DNA from: Subdoligranulum sp. CAG:314
GTDB lineage: Bacteria; Actinomycetota; Coriobacteriia; Coriobacteriales; Eggerthellaceae
Reading direction: 5' to 3'
Length of the DNA: 64,000 bases
Assembly: GCA_963635715.1 (NCBI GenBank)
Contig: CAVHFS010000001.1
Coordinates: 46,452 to 110,451 of the forward strand
Shown here: one piece after another, positions 1-9,135 of the stretch
How the letters are laid out: each line of letters opens with the position of its first letter
How positions within the stretch are numbered: position 1 is the first letter of the stretch
Notes under the pieces: model-generated
What the model saw: the letters and a program-made list of their open reading frames with translations, nothing else
What the model was told of the DNA's origin: nothing
The model's database searches: none
Made by a program: the position numbers and the translations under genes

Positions 1-987
1 GGCGAGCTTTGCCAAATCTGCAGGCAGCTCGGCCTTGCTTCGGCTCGAGCCTGCCGCAAATGTCGCCGCCGCGCGGCCGGCCTCAAGCCCTTCTTGCGTC
101 ACCTGATCGGCCAAGTCATGCGGCATGTTGGCGTTTCCGCACACGAACAGCCCCTCTTCAGGCCCCGCATCAAGCCCGTCTATCACCTCACGCTCGGGAA
201 TAAGCCCACACGCCACCAGCAGCACATTGCATCGTATGTATTCGCGCCGCGCCATATCCAACGAGCCGTCCTCGAGGGAGGGCGCCACGGTAACACCCCG
301 CAGTTTCCCATTGCCGTGAATACTAGCCAGGCCCCACCCGTAGCGGATGGGAATGCCAAAATCGCGGATGCAACGCACGTGGTTACGCAAAAGTCCCGTG
401 GCTTTCTGGCCCAATACCATGCGCACCTCGGCGCCTTCCAGCGTAAGACGGCGCGCCATAATAAGCCCAATGTCGCCCGAGCCCAGAATGACCACCTTGT
501 CGCCTGGCAGTTGGTTTTGTACGTTCACCATGTATTGCGCCGCGCCAGCCGTAAGCACACCAGCTGGTCGCGTGCCGGGAATCATCAGTTGGCCGCGTGT
601 GCGCTCGCGGCAACCCGTGGCCACCACCACGCTGCGCGCCCGCACCAGCGCGCGACCGCCCAGCGCCAAGCCCACGGCATCAATGCGGAACAGCCCGTCG
701 TCATCGCGCACAATGCCCAGCACGGTGGTGGAAAGCGCTATTGCCACGCCCGCGTCGCGCATCTGAGAGCGCCAAACTTCGGCATATTCGGGCCCAGTGA
801 GCGACTCTCCGTACAAATGCAGACCGAAGCCGTCATGCACGCATTGCGGCAGCACGCCGCCTGCGTATTCCTCGCGCTCGAGCACGCACACGCGCACCGC
901 GCCGCATTCTCGCGCGGCCACCGCCGCGGCCATGCCAGCAGGCCCCGCGCCGATTACGGCCACGTCGAACTCGCTGGTGAAATTCAT
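1..987 (-). CDS. NAD(P)/FAD-dependent oxidoreductase (pyridine nucleotide-disulfide family); 3' end runs off the window
   Basis: Absent from the ORF track because there is no stop inside the window. My translation from ATG 987 gives MNFTSEFDVAVIGAGPAGMAAAVAARE..., open for all 329 codons down to position 1. Two Rossmann GxGxxG motifs (VIGAGPAG, ILGSGDIG). It starts 11 nt after the stop of the upstream FAD oxidoreductase. Confidence 0.8.
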   Translation of the reverse strand, partial: MNFTSEFDVAVIGAGPAGMAAAVAARECGAVRVCVLEREEYAGGVLPQCVHDGFGLHLYGESLTGPEYAEVWRSQMRDAGVAIALSTTVLGIVRDDDGLFRIDAVGLALGGRALVRARSVVVATGCRERTRGQLMIPGTRPAGVLTAGAAQYMVNVQNQLPGDKVVILGSGDIGLIMARRLTLEGAEVRMVLGQKATGLLRNHVRCIRDFGIPIRYGWGLASIHGNGKLRGVTVAPSLEDGSLDMARREYIRCNVLLVACGLIPEREVIDGLDAGPEEGLFVCGNANMPHDLADQVTQEGLEAGRAAATFAAGSSRSKAELPADLAKLA

Positions 988-997
988 CTGGCGCATG

Positions 998-2500
998 CTA
1001 CTTCACGCTCCTTTGCACGCAGCGGCCGCTACCTTCGCCCTTCAGCACGTCGCCTAGCGATATGCCCATAGCGTCGGCCATCGCGGGCACCACGCGCGGC
1101 ATGCAGAAACCGCCCTGGCAGCGCCCCATACCCACGCGAAGCCTGCGCTTCACGCCATCGAGCGTCGAGGGCGGCAGCGGGCCGGCAAGCACCGCGCGAA
1201 CGTCGCCTTCGGTTATACCCTCGCAACGACACACTACGCGCCCGAACGACGGGTCGGCCGCAAGCAGACGGCGCTGCTCGACGGCGTCACGCTTCAAAAA
1301 CGGCACATACGCCTGACGGCAAGGGTTGAAATTCGGGTTCGGCTCAAGCGGCAAACCTTCGGCGGCAAGCTGCTGCACGGCGAGCGCCGCCAAAAACGGC
1401 GAACTGGTAAGGCCAGGGTTCTTTATGCCCAACGCGCTTACGAACCCAGGCCCCGAGGCACGCACCACGAAGTCTTTGCGCTCCTTGGCAACGTTGACGA
1501 TATTGGCCCGCGCTCCGGCGAAATTAGTTATGACCTGGGAAAAATCAATATCGGGGATAACCTTGCGCGCTACGCGGCGCACGTGCTCGAGCCCGCTCTC
1601 CAGCGAAGCGGTGTCGCGGAACGTGCGTACGTTGCGCGACGTGGGCCCAGCCAGCAAGTTTCCGTCGACCGTGGGGGCCAGAAGCGTGCCGCCCTCGTCG
1701 TTGTCGGCCGCCTGGTAGATGACGTGCGTGATGGCCGTTTCGGGATTCTGCTTGTCGAACACCAGATAATCGCCTGCGCGCGGGCGCACCACCAAATCGG
1801 CATGAGCGACCTGCGCATCGAGCTCTTCGGCGGAATCGCCCGCCATGTTGGCTATAAAACGGGCCGCGACGACTGAGCCATCGGAAAGACGAATGAGGTA
1901 GCGGCAACCGGCAGGCAAATCGTGAGCCCGACCGCCTGCGCCCTGGCAAGAAACGCTCGGCGCGTGCTCAATGCCTACGACCTGCGCGTTGAAGCGAAAA
2001 CGCACACCATTGACCTGCGCGTTTTGTGCCAAAGCCAACACCAGCTGAAACGGCGACACCAGGCCCGTAGAAGGCGCCAGCAAAGCCTGGGTTACTCGCG
2101 ACGAGAGGCGCGGCTCAAGCGCGCGGGCCACATCGCCGTCCACGATTTCCATACCTAGAGCGCCGTTGCCACGACCGCGCTCGGCCTTGGCACGCAGTTT
2201 TTCCTCGCCAGCGGCGCTGAAGGCCACCATAAGCCCGCCGCAGCGCACGAAGGGCACCTGCAAATCGGACGCAAGCGCATCGAACGCCGCATTGCCGCCC
2301 ACACATGAGCGGCCTTTCAGCGACCCCGCGCGCGGCTGGAACCCCGCGTGCACGATACCGCTGTTCGCCTTGCTTGAGCCCTCGCCCACATCGTGCGCGC
2401 GCTCAAGCACGCACACGTCCAGCTTATAGCGTGAAAGCTCGCGCGCCACGGCGCATCCCAGCACGCCAGCGCCCAGAATGGCCACGTCGACCGTCTCCAT
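998..2500 (-). CDS. FAD-dependent oxidoreductase (GlpA / L-2-hydroxyglutarate oxidase-like) with a C-terminal BFD-like [2Fe-2S] domain
   Basis: 500 aa ORF. N-terminal DVAILGAGVLGCAVARELS dinucleotide fold and a C-terminal CRCEGITEGDV...RVGMGRCQGGFC cysteine motif. Confidence 0.85.
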   Translation of the reverse strand: METVDVAILGAGVLGCAVARELSRYKLDVCVLERAHDVGEGSSKANSGIVHAGFQPRAGSLKGRSCVGGNAAFDALASDLQVPFVRCGGLMVAFSAAGEEKLRAKAERGRGNGALGMEIVDGDVARALEPRLSSRVTQALLAPSTGLVSPFQLVLALAQNAQVNGVRFRFNAQVVGIEHAPSVSCQGAGGRAHDLPAGCRYLIRLSDGSVVAARFIANMAGDSAEELDAQVAHADLVVRPRAGDYLVFDKQNPETAITHVIYQAADNDEGGTLLAPTVDGNLLAGPTSRNVRTFRDTASLESGLEHVRRVARKVIPDIDFSQVITNFAGARANIVNVAKERKDFVVRASGPGFVSALGIKNPGLTSSPFLAALAVQQLAAEGLPLEPNPNFNPCRQAYVPFLKRDAVEQRRLLAADPSFGRVVCRCEGITEGDVRAVLAGPLPPSTLDGVKRRLRVGMGRCQGGFCMPRVVPAMADAMGISLGDVLKGEGSGRCVQRSVK

Positions 2501-2522
2501 GCCTACCCCCTAGAATGCGCGA

Positions 2523-3596
2523 TTACCACGCCTGAAATCTGGATTTGCTGCGAATGCCACGGCGGAAGCGCACCGCGCGAGCCGCAAGGCCCATCGGCAA
2601 CGCCAGCGCGATGGCCAGCCACAACAGCGTCCACAGCCATGCGATGCCCGTCACCTCTACCGTCGCGGAAGCCGCGCTGTCGGAGCCCGAGCCGCCCTTC
2701 GATTGCTCGGAGGAGCCGCTGGCGATCCTGTATACCTGCCCCAGCGACGCCAGAGACTTCCCGTCGAACGCGGGCGTATCGCCCACCGTGCTGCTTTGCG
2801 AGCTTGCGGCCGCATCCACGTCGGCGTCATCTTGGACGGTAGCGTTCAGCGAGAAATCGCCCACCGTCGAGCTTTCTTGCATCGAGGCGCCGTTGTCGCT
2901 GCTAGGCGCAGCCTCGGCGATGCCGCCCGACGCGTCGGGCGCGTCGGCTTCGCTTGCGTTGCCCGAATCGCTGGGCACGCCAGCATCGGCGCCGGCATCG
3001 GAAACGTCGCTGGAGCCATTGCCGGAATCGTCGCCTCCGCCGCCGGCGGGAACATCGGCGCTACCATCGGTATCGCCGGGGTCGGGAGTTTCGCCCGAAC
3101 CGTCGCCCGTGCCCGAGCCTTGTCCCGAACCCGTGCCGAATTTGACATAGTCGTATTCATCTGCGGCCGATGGGTTCTCTTTGAAACAGAACGAAATCTG
3201 ATACCTGTGCCCAGGCACAAATCCGCTGATATAGTAGGTGGCTATGCAATGATTGGTGATATAGGCGTCACTGATAGGATCTCTCTCATCGCCGACGGGC
3301 GTCATCGAGGATGAGCCCGGGGTTACCGGGAGCGTGATATCCGAGTCCAGATCGTTTACAACGGGCAGCATCCAGGCGCCACCATGTCTGTCACCCAGCA
3401 CCCAGATGTCGTGGAATATAATTCCTTGCTCTATTACGCTTACGTCAATCGATGCGCCGTTTAGGCTGTTGCCGTTGATATCCGTCACCCAGTGCTCGGG
3501 CGCAGCAAACGCCCTCGCTGGTATGGCAAGCGCCGCCGCCAACGCAAAGCATGCGATGGCAAGTCGCCACAGGAATCCGAACTTCAAACGCCCCAT
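2523..3596 (-). CDS. secreted/membrane-anchored protein with an acidic Ser/Gly/Asp low-complexity region
   Basis: Probable start is MGRLKFGFLWRLAIACFALAAALAIPARAFA (signal peptide), at the stop of the upstream gene. Long GSGQGSGTGDGSGETPDPGD... tract, then a C-terminal TM helix and a basic tail. No recognisable family. Confidence 0.6.
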   Translation of the reverse strand: MGRLKFGFLWRLAIACFALAAALAIPARAFAAPEHWVTDINGNSLNGASIDVSVIEQGIIFHDIWVLGDRHGGAWMLPVVNDLDSDITLPVTPGSSSMTPVGDERDPISDAYITNHCIATYYISGFVPGHRYQISFCFKENPSAADEYDYVKFGTGSGQGSGTGDGSGETPDPGDTDGSADVPAGGGGDDSGNGSSDVSDAGADAGVPSDSGNASEADAPDASGGIAEAAPSSDNGASMQESSTVGDFSLNATVQDDADVDAAASSQSSTVGDTPAFDGKSLASLGQVYRIASGSSEQSKGGSGSDSAASATVEVTGIAWLWTLLWLAIALALPMGLAARAVRFRRGIRSKSRFQAW

Positions 3597-4225
3597 TAGC
3601 GGTTCCTCCTTGCCACGCGAGCCACCTGCACGCACACGCCCGCAACCAGAGCAATGGCAACCGCACCAGCAATAGCCAACTCGTGAATAGTCCAGCCGTT
3701 TTGGAGTTCGTCGGACGTGGTGAACGTATATACCTTGGCAGCACCGAGCTCGTCTTCGCCATTAGCGGCCACAATACCCTCATCGACCACCACCTGGTAT
3801 TCGGCAGCGGGCTGCAGCCATTCGTCGCAATAGATATAAATAAGCTGGCGGTCGCCGTGGTCATGCGCGCCGCCCGCGTAGCTGCCCGCAACCTCGGTTC
3901 CGTCAGGGCCGACGAGGTGAACCTTCGATAGGTTTTCCTCCACAAAGGTATCGTCTTTGCCTGGTGCGGCATACGAGACGTTCTTGTCGAACTGCACGTA
4001 CAGCAAATACGCCGACCCAGGTTCGGGACTCACGCGACCCTCGTCGGTTCCGCTGCCCAAAAAACTCAACTCATCGGCGCACATCACGCCACCTGCCGCA
4101 AACGCTGTCTGCGGCAGCGCCACCATGCACATGGCCGCAGCAAGAACCGCCGCCGCAACGTAGGCCCAAAGGCACTGCGCCTTGCTGTCCACCACACGGG
4201 CGATGCTTGTTTCGGTCAGATGCAT
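3596..4225 (-). CDS. membrane-anchored extracellular protein (Ig-like fold suspected)
   Basis: Start moved to MHLTETS..., preceded by AGGGGGT; the first 14 codons of the track ORF overlap a terminator hairpin. Signal/anchor AAAVLAAAMCMVALPQTAFA, a C-terminal TM helix and an RVARRNR tail. Confidence 0.55.
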   Translation of the reverse strand: MHLTETSIARVVDSKAQCLWAYVAAAVLAAAMCMVALPQTAFAAGGVMCADELSFLGSGTDEGRVSPEPGSAYLLYVQFDKNVSYAAPGKDDTFVEENLSKVHLVGPDGTEVAGSYAGGAHDHGDRQLIYIYCDEWLQPAAEYQVVVDEGIVAANGEDELGAAKVYTFTTSDELQNGWTIHELAIAGAVAIALVAGVCVQVARVARRNR

Positions 4226-4243
4226 GAATGGACTACCCCCTAC

Positions 4244-4287
4244 ATAAAAAAGGCCGAAGCGCTGCAAATGTGCGCAACGCTTCGGCC
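4244..4287 (-). terminator. intrinsic terminator downstream of the LRR surface protein gene
   Basis: Perfect 10-bp stem GGCCGAAGCG/CGCTTCGGCC (4252-4261 / 4278-4287), followed on the minus strand by TTTTTTAT. Confidence 0.6.
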
Positions 4288-4319
4288 GAAGCCATGCAAT
4301 CGCTTATAAAGCGCCGCGT

Positions 4320-6038
4320 TTAGCGGCGAGCGATGCGCTTTCTGGCGAAAGCGACAACTGCAGCCGCCATCGCCGAGGCGAAAGCCACAGCAGGAACGGC
4401 ACCCGCTGCAGCATCGCCCGTCTGGGCGAGCGTTTGCACGCCGGCGTTATTGGTGCTGCCCGCCTGCTGTGCATTGCTGCCAGAGCCGGTATCTCCGGCA
4501 TTGGTCGAACCGCCAGGGGTGGTGGGCTCGGAAGCCTTGGCCTCCCACTTGGAATACAGCGTTACGTCGTCGTACAAAGGCTTGCCGAAATCGAACGCCT
4601 GGGTGCAATACGGGTCGGAATACCAGCCCTTGAACACGTAGCCGTCGCGCGCGGGAGCCATAGGCTCGGCGATGGTACCGTCGGCCTTGACCTGCAGCTC
4701 GGTCTTCGTGCCGTCGACATTGCTGACGCTCGCCTTCACAGGCACCCAGCCGGCATACAGGCACGCGCCGTCGGCGACGGGCTGCGTGAAATCGAACTCT
4801 GCCGTGCACGTCTCGTCGGAGAACCAGCCAGCGAACTTGTAGCCCGCGCGGATGGGATCGGCGTCGGGCTTGGCGATCATGCCGTTCTCGTCGGCGGTAA
4901 TCGTGCCGTTCTCGGAGCCGTTGCCGTAATTCACATCGACGCTGACGATTTGCTTCCAGCCGGCATAGGCGACGACGCCGTGCTCCATGGGAGCCGTGAA
5001 GTCGTACGGAGTGGCGCATTCGGCGTCGGAATACCAACCGGTGAAGGTATAGCCGTCTCGCGTCGGAGAAGGGGCATCGTCGGCGCTGCCAAGGCAAGAG
5101 TCGAATTCGACCCACTGGGCGTCGATGGACTCAGCGCCATCGTAGTTGCCGTCGAACAGCTGCTGGAGCTTTATCGTGCACGATGGGTTAATCTTTTTGG
5201 AAGCTGCGAGGCCTTCGCTCAAATCGTTTGCGCCATACACCAACACCTCCGCAGCAACGTTCTTGTCGGAAGTATCGAAGAGGGATCCGCCTAATGAGGT
5301 AACGGACGAAGGGATGGACACATGCTCCAACTTCCAGCAGAGCTGGAAGGCCCTGTTTCCAATCGACGTCACCGTATCGGGTATATCCATTGACCGCAAT
5401 TCGCCCATTTGAACGAAGGCATAGTCACCGAGGGTCGTCAAGGTTTTTGGGAAAACAATCTCTTCGATGTTCGATTGGGCGAATACGCTTTTGTCTTCGA
5501 TCTCGGTTATTCCCATCTCAGACAAGTCAAGTGTTCTAAAGGATTGGTTCCCTTTAAAAGCCTGAGGCGAGAGTTTGACAATGCCGCACCCATTCGGGAA
5601 TGAAAGCTTGCTGAGATTCGGCGCCGAACCTAACGCAGGAAGTTCAGTTACCGTCGACGGCAAGACGATCTCTTCAACGGTATCCAACACGGGTTTGAAG
5701 ACATTGTAGGAAATTGAGTTAGTGTCAACATCGTCGCTAAACACCAGACGTTTCGTTGCGGAAGTAATCTCGTTCGGAATATTTCCACGACCGTCAAATT
5801 TCTGCAGAAAGCCACTTACCGTTAACGTTCCATCCGAAAAACTCCACGTTCCATACTTACGCTTCGAATTGAATATCCCGCTAGCCGAAGCTCCATCCTC
5901 GGAATAAGCCGCGATACTTTCACTAGCATCCCCCCCTATTCCAAGTTCGATTTCAGAATCGGCCAAAGCAACAGAAGGCAATGCGCAGAAGGCCAATGCG
6001 ACGGAGAGGGAGACCGGTGCTATCTTCTTCATTTTCAC
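4320..6038 (-). CDS. cell-wall-anchored surface protein: leucine-rich repeats, three Listeria-Bacteroides type repeats and an LAQTG sorting signal
   Basis: Signal peptide MKMKKIAPVSLSVALAFCALPSVALA and BspA-like LRR units. Three GY(T/K/V)F(T/A/K)GW(Y/F)SD...DF repeats. C-terminal LAQTG, then a hydrophobic stretch and RKRIARR. Confidence 0.85.
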   Translation of the reverse strand: MKMKKIAPVSLSVALAFCALPSVALADSEIELGIGGDASESIAAYSEDGASASGIFNSKRKYGTWSFSDGTLTVSGFLQKFDGRGNIPNEITSATKRLVFSDDVDTNSISYNVFKPVLDTVEEIVLPSTVTELPALGSAPNLSKLSFPNGCGIVKLSPQAFKGNQSFRTLDLSEMGITEIEDKSVFAQSNIEEIVFPKTLTTLGDYAFVQMGELRSMDIPDTVTSIGNRAFQLCWKLEHVSIPSSVTSLGGSLFDTSDKNVAAEVLVYGANDLSEGLAASKKINPSCTIKLQQLFDGNYDGAESIDAQWVEFDSCLGSADDAPSPTRDGYTFTGWYSDAECATPYDFTAPMEHGVVAYAGWKQIVSVDVNYGNGSENGTITADENGMIAKPDADPIRAGYKFAGWFSDETCTAEFDFTQPVADGACLYAGWVPVKASVSNVDGTKTELQVKADGTIAEPMAPARDGYVFKGWYSDPYCTQAFDFGKPLYDDVTLYSKWEAKASEPTTPGGSTNAGDTGSGSNAQQAGSTNNAGVQTLAQTGDAAAGAVPAVAFASAMAAAVVAFARKRIARR

Positions 6039-6045
6039 CTCCCTG

Positions 6046-6087
6046 AAAACGAAAAGCCCATAGCCATCGAAAAAGCAGGCTATGGGC
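6046..6087 (-). terminator. intrinsic terminator
   Basis: Perfect 10-bp stem GCCCATAGCC/GGCTATGGGC, followed on the minus strand by TTTTCGTTTTC. It sits between the 6095-6946 gene and the LRR gene. Confidence 0.65.
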
Positions 6088-6094
6088 CATGCGA

Positions 6095-6946
6095 TTAGAA
6101 TTCGAATTGAACCGTGCTTCCAAGCAGGACGGTTTCGCTATTGCCGCGCAAGCCGTTCTCAAACTGGAGAGTGGTATCGCCGAGCGTGATTTCGTCCGCC
6201 TTGATCTTCAAAACAATCGTCTTGGAAGAATGGGTGGCGCTTTCGACGGTCAGGATACCCGAGCCGTCGGCCAAAGACGCGATCACTTCGCCCGTCTCGG
6301 TGTCCAAAAGGGTAATGTTGGACTTATTGAGATTTTCATACGCCTGAGCGCTATCGTAGCTCTTGAATCCAGCGTTCTGCTTGTACGTGACGCGATAGTA
6401 GCCATCGGAGCCAAGCGTGGGAGCGGAAAGCGTATTGGTATAGGTGTCTGCCGTCGCGCTATGAGAGACCTTCGTCACCGCGGGGTCGGTAACCAGAATG
6501 GAGTTCTTGCCGGAGCCCTGATATCCATACGTGGTGTCGCTGCCAGCAACGGTGACCTTCAGGGTCGTCTGCTTCAGAATCGTAAAGCCACTGCAGGGTT
6601 TACCAGAATTTTTATCGGGCTGAGCGCCGGCCAGCAGATACACCGTCACGGTGTAGTCGCCAGCGGTGGTGCCGATGAACGTACCGTTATGTTTGTTGAC
6701 CGTAGCGCCGGAGCCAGAAAGCACGTAGTCAAAGTGATAATCACCATTAACCGTCTTGTCGGCCTTGAAGTACTGGCTCAGATCGGTCGAGCTTCCCGTA
6801 GTCACCGTAATTGCCGTAGCGCTGGCGTCGATGCCACCAGTAGTTGCGTCGTCCGCGTACGCGGCGGCGGGAGCGATGCCCACGAGGGACAGGGTCAACG
6901 CCATCGATGCGAACAACGACACGAATTTGCGTCGAGTAATCGACAT
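6095..6946 (-). CDS. Tat-signal secreted protein (beta-rich, Ig-like)
   Basis: 283 aa. N-terminus MSITRRKFVSLFASMALTLSLVGIAPAAAYA fits the twin-arginine consensus (T-R-R-x-F). The rest is Thr/Ser/Gly-rich beta-strand-like sequence with no family recognised. Confidence 0.7.
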   Translation of the reverse strand: MSITRRKFVSLFASMALTLSLVGIAPAAAYADDATTGGIDASATAITVTTGSSTDLSQYFKADKTVNGDYHFDYVLSGSGATVNKHNGTFIGTTAGDYTVTVYLLAGAQPDKNSGKPCSGFTILKQTTLKVTVAGSDTTYGYQGSGKNSILVTDPAVTKVSHSATADTYTNTLSAPTLGSDGYYRVTYKQNAGFKSYDSAQAYENLNKSNITLLDTETGEVIASLADGSGILTVESATHSSKTIVLKIKADEITLGDTTLQFENGLRGNSETVLLGSTVQFEF

Positions 6947-7280
6947 GTCTTACCTTCTTCCTAAAAGTTAGACGTTTGCATTACCCAGCTTCGAGCGCTC
7001 TCCGCCGGACCCTTCTCCCCTGCTCAGATGGCCAACGGCGCGGTTCTAGACCCGCTGTTTCCCCTGGTTTATTCTCTCGCAAGATAGTTAGGTTTTTCGA
7101 AAAGGTACCTGAAAACTTCGCCTAACACAAGGGTTTATTCTTGTTTTTGAATAAAATTATGCCCAAGCGGCAGAGAATCCTCCACCGCAGCAACGCTTGC
7201 CGCAAGCGCCATCAAGCTGGTTGGCGACGCCTCTCATGGCAGCCAAGCCAGGAACAATACACGCGGCATCGATCAGCGCG

Positions 7281-7667
7281 CTACGCCTCGTCACGCAAGT
7301 AGCCGAAATCGATGCAGAAGGCGGCGTAGAGGGGCAGGCGCCGCAGTTCTCTTCCCGCGCCGTCTTCGCCGCGCGAAAAATCGTTCTCCGACAGAATGTA
7401 CGCATACGGCGCGCAAGCCTTCTCCATGAATGAGGCAAGCGTCCTCGCTCGGATGTTACGTGCGGATTTCACCTCCACAGGAACCACCTCCATGCGATCG
7501 TTCTGAAGGAGGAAATCCAGCTTCACAAAAGCCTTGCTGGCAACCCGCCTTCCCACCGCCTCGGCAGCGTACGTTTTCCCAACTCGTCGCGCCCCGCGCA
7601 GAAGCAGCGGGCGGCTGCTATCTCGCGACGCCCATGTTTCGATGATGGCTTCGATGGATCTTTTCAT
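7281..7667 (-). pseudogene. internally deleted AAA_14/DUF4143 ATPase remnant (still an open 128-codon frame)
   Basis: An N-terminal P-loop segment (LLLRGARRVGKTYAAEAV) is fused directly to the C-terminal nuclease-like end (LDFLLQNDRMEVVPVEVKSARN). The full-length paralogs at 7918 and 41344 have about 280 aa between these motifs. Confidence 0.6.
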
Positions 7668-7713
7668 TGCTGGCCCGTTCTATTCAAAACCATGCATCTC
7701 AAATGCGGGATAA

Positions 7714-7752
7714 AGTAATAAATCGTGTATTCGTAATACACGATTTATTACT
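7714..7752. repeat. 39-bp AT-rich palindrome (18-bp perfect arms, 3-nt centre)
   Basis: AGTAATAAATCGTGTATT-CGT-AATACACGATTTATTACT, read directly. It lies between the stop of the 7918 gene and the start of the 7281 remnant. Confidence 0.9.
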
Positions 7753-7917
7753 ATTTTGCGTATTTCAAATACATGAAATGGCATCGGAGCCAGAAAACCG
7801 CAGGCGGGTTGCTCGGCTGGATGAGCCGAACGAATATCGCCGCAGCCTAGGCTACGAGGCATGAGCAGTCCAGGAAATTGTCCGCACCCCCAACGCCAAC
7901 GCGCAAACGCAAATAAG

Positions 7918-9135
7918 CTAGTAGAACAAATCCACTTCGTCTTTGAGGAACTCTTCGATGCCGCATGCGCCAGATGCCGCGCCGCCGACAATGATTCGCT
8001 TTGCGCTTGGGTTCGCAGATAGAAAATCGGCCATTCCGCTTTGGCCTCTTTCATTTCCGCTTTTCACCTCGATAGCGGAAAGCGAGTCAAATCCCTTCGA
8101 AACGACGAAGTCGACCTCCTTCGTTCCCTCGCGCCACCAATAAATGCTAAGGCTCTCTTCGGGCGCCCGAGCGAGAAGTCGCGCACCCACCGCCGACTCA
8201 ACCAGACGCCCCCGCAAATCGGGTTCGCCCAAATACCTCGCCTTTTCAATTCCCGACGACGCCGTCATGAGCGACGTGTCGTACACCATAAAGCGCGGCG
8301 ACGATTTTCTCCTCTTCACCTCTTTGGCATCGTATTTCTGAATGCCACAGAGCATCCCTGCCTTATTGAGCAAATCAAGATAATGCGCAATCGTCACCGT
8401 GTTGCCAGCATCTTGCAGCTGACCAAGCATTTTGTTATACGAAAGCTCTTGCGCAGAATATGCTGCGCCAAGTCGGAAAAGAGCGCGCATAAGCGCCGGC
8501 TTGCGAACATCATCAAGGGCCAGCACGTCTTGCGAAATCGTAGGCTCAATAATGGCATCGCGAACGTACGAAACCCAGCGGATATCGTCATTCGCGAACC
8601 GAGCCGCCCCTGGATAACCGCCGTAATACAAATAGTCATCAAACGAGAAACCAAACGCCTGCGAGCATTCCGAATAGCTCCAATGAGGGGAATGGACCAG
8701 TTCGAAGCGTCCCATAAGGGAATCTTCGAGCCCCTTATGCAGCAGCAATGACGAGGAGCCGCTCAGGACAACTCGAACTGGCATATCGTTTCGACGGTCA
8801 GCGTCGTAAAGGGCCTTAACGACAAGCGACCAATGGGGGACTTTCTGAATTTCGTCCACGACGAGCACCACAGGTCGCGACCCCGACCGTGTTGCGTTTC
8901 GCGCTTGCTGCCATTCAACTTGAAGCCAGCTTTCACTCGGAACAACCGCGTCGTCTGCGCTTACGAAAAACTGTTCCATGTCGATTTTCGCCAAAGCCTG
9001 GCTAAGCATCGTGCTTTTGCCCGTCTGACGGGGCCCAACGACAACCTGCATAAGAGGGTTGTTCGTTTCAAGAATTCTATCGACGATGCCGCTCACATAG
9101 TGTCGCTCAAACATTTCAATGCCCCGAATTCTCAT
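7918..9135 (-). CDS. ATP-binding protein, AAA_14 ATPase plus DUF4143 (PD-(D/E)xK-like) domains
   Basis: Walker A GPRQTGKST, Walker B VLVVDEIQ, and C-terminal EVDFVVSKG...AIEVKSG. By alignment to the paralog MKLINRSTYMNKL, the real start may be MFERHY at 9114. The ATG at 9135 lies inside the repeat array. Confidence 0.85.
   Translation of the reverse strand: MRIRGIEMFERHYVSGIVDRILETNNPLMQVVVGPRQTGKSTMLSQALAKIDMEQFFVSADDAVVPSESWLQVEWQQARNATRSGSRPVVLVVDEIQKVPHWSLVVKALYDADRRNDMPVRVVLSGSSSLLLHKGLEDSLMGRFELVHSPHWSYSECSQAFGFSFDDYLYYGGYPGAARFANDDIRWVSYVRDAIIEPTISQDVLALDDVRKPALMRALFRLGAAYSAQELSYNKMLGQLQDAGNTVTIAHYLDLLNKAGMLCGIQKYDAKEVKRRKSSPRFMVYDTSLMTASSGIEKARYLGEPDLRGRLVESAVGARLLARAPEESLSIYWWREGTKEVDFVVSKGFDSLSAIEVKSGNERGQSGMADFLSANPSAKRIIVGGAASGACGIEEFLKDEVDLFY

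Noticed and set aside
94-1071. 325-aa plus-strand ORF, the longest listed ORF in the first kb
   Set aside because: Its composition (His/Arg/Ala-rich, no motifs) is typical of an antisense frame. The minus strand encodes a clean Rossmann-fold oxidoreductase that is open to the window edge.
6947-7280. Riboswitch in the roughly 330-nt leader upstream of the Tat-signal protein gene
   Set aside because: I could not recognise any known riboswitch core (c-di-GMP, ydaO, TPP, cobalamin etc.) by eye, and part of the gap may simply be island-border DNA. A cmscan against Rfam would be decisive.
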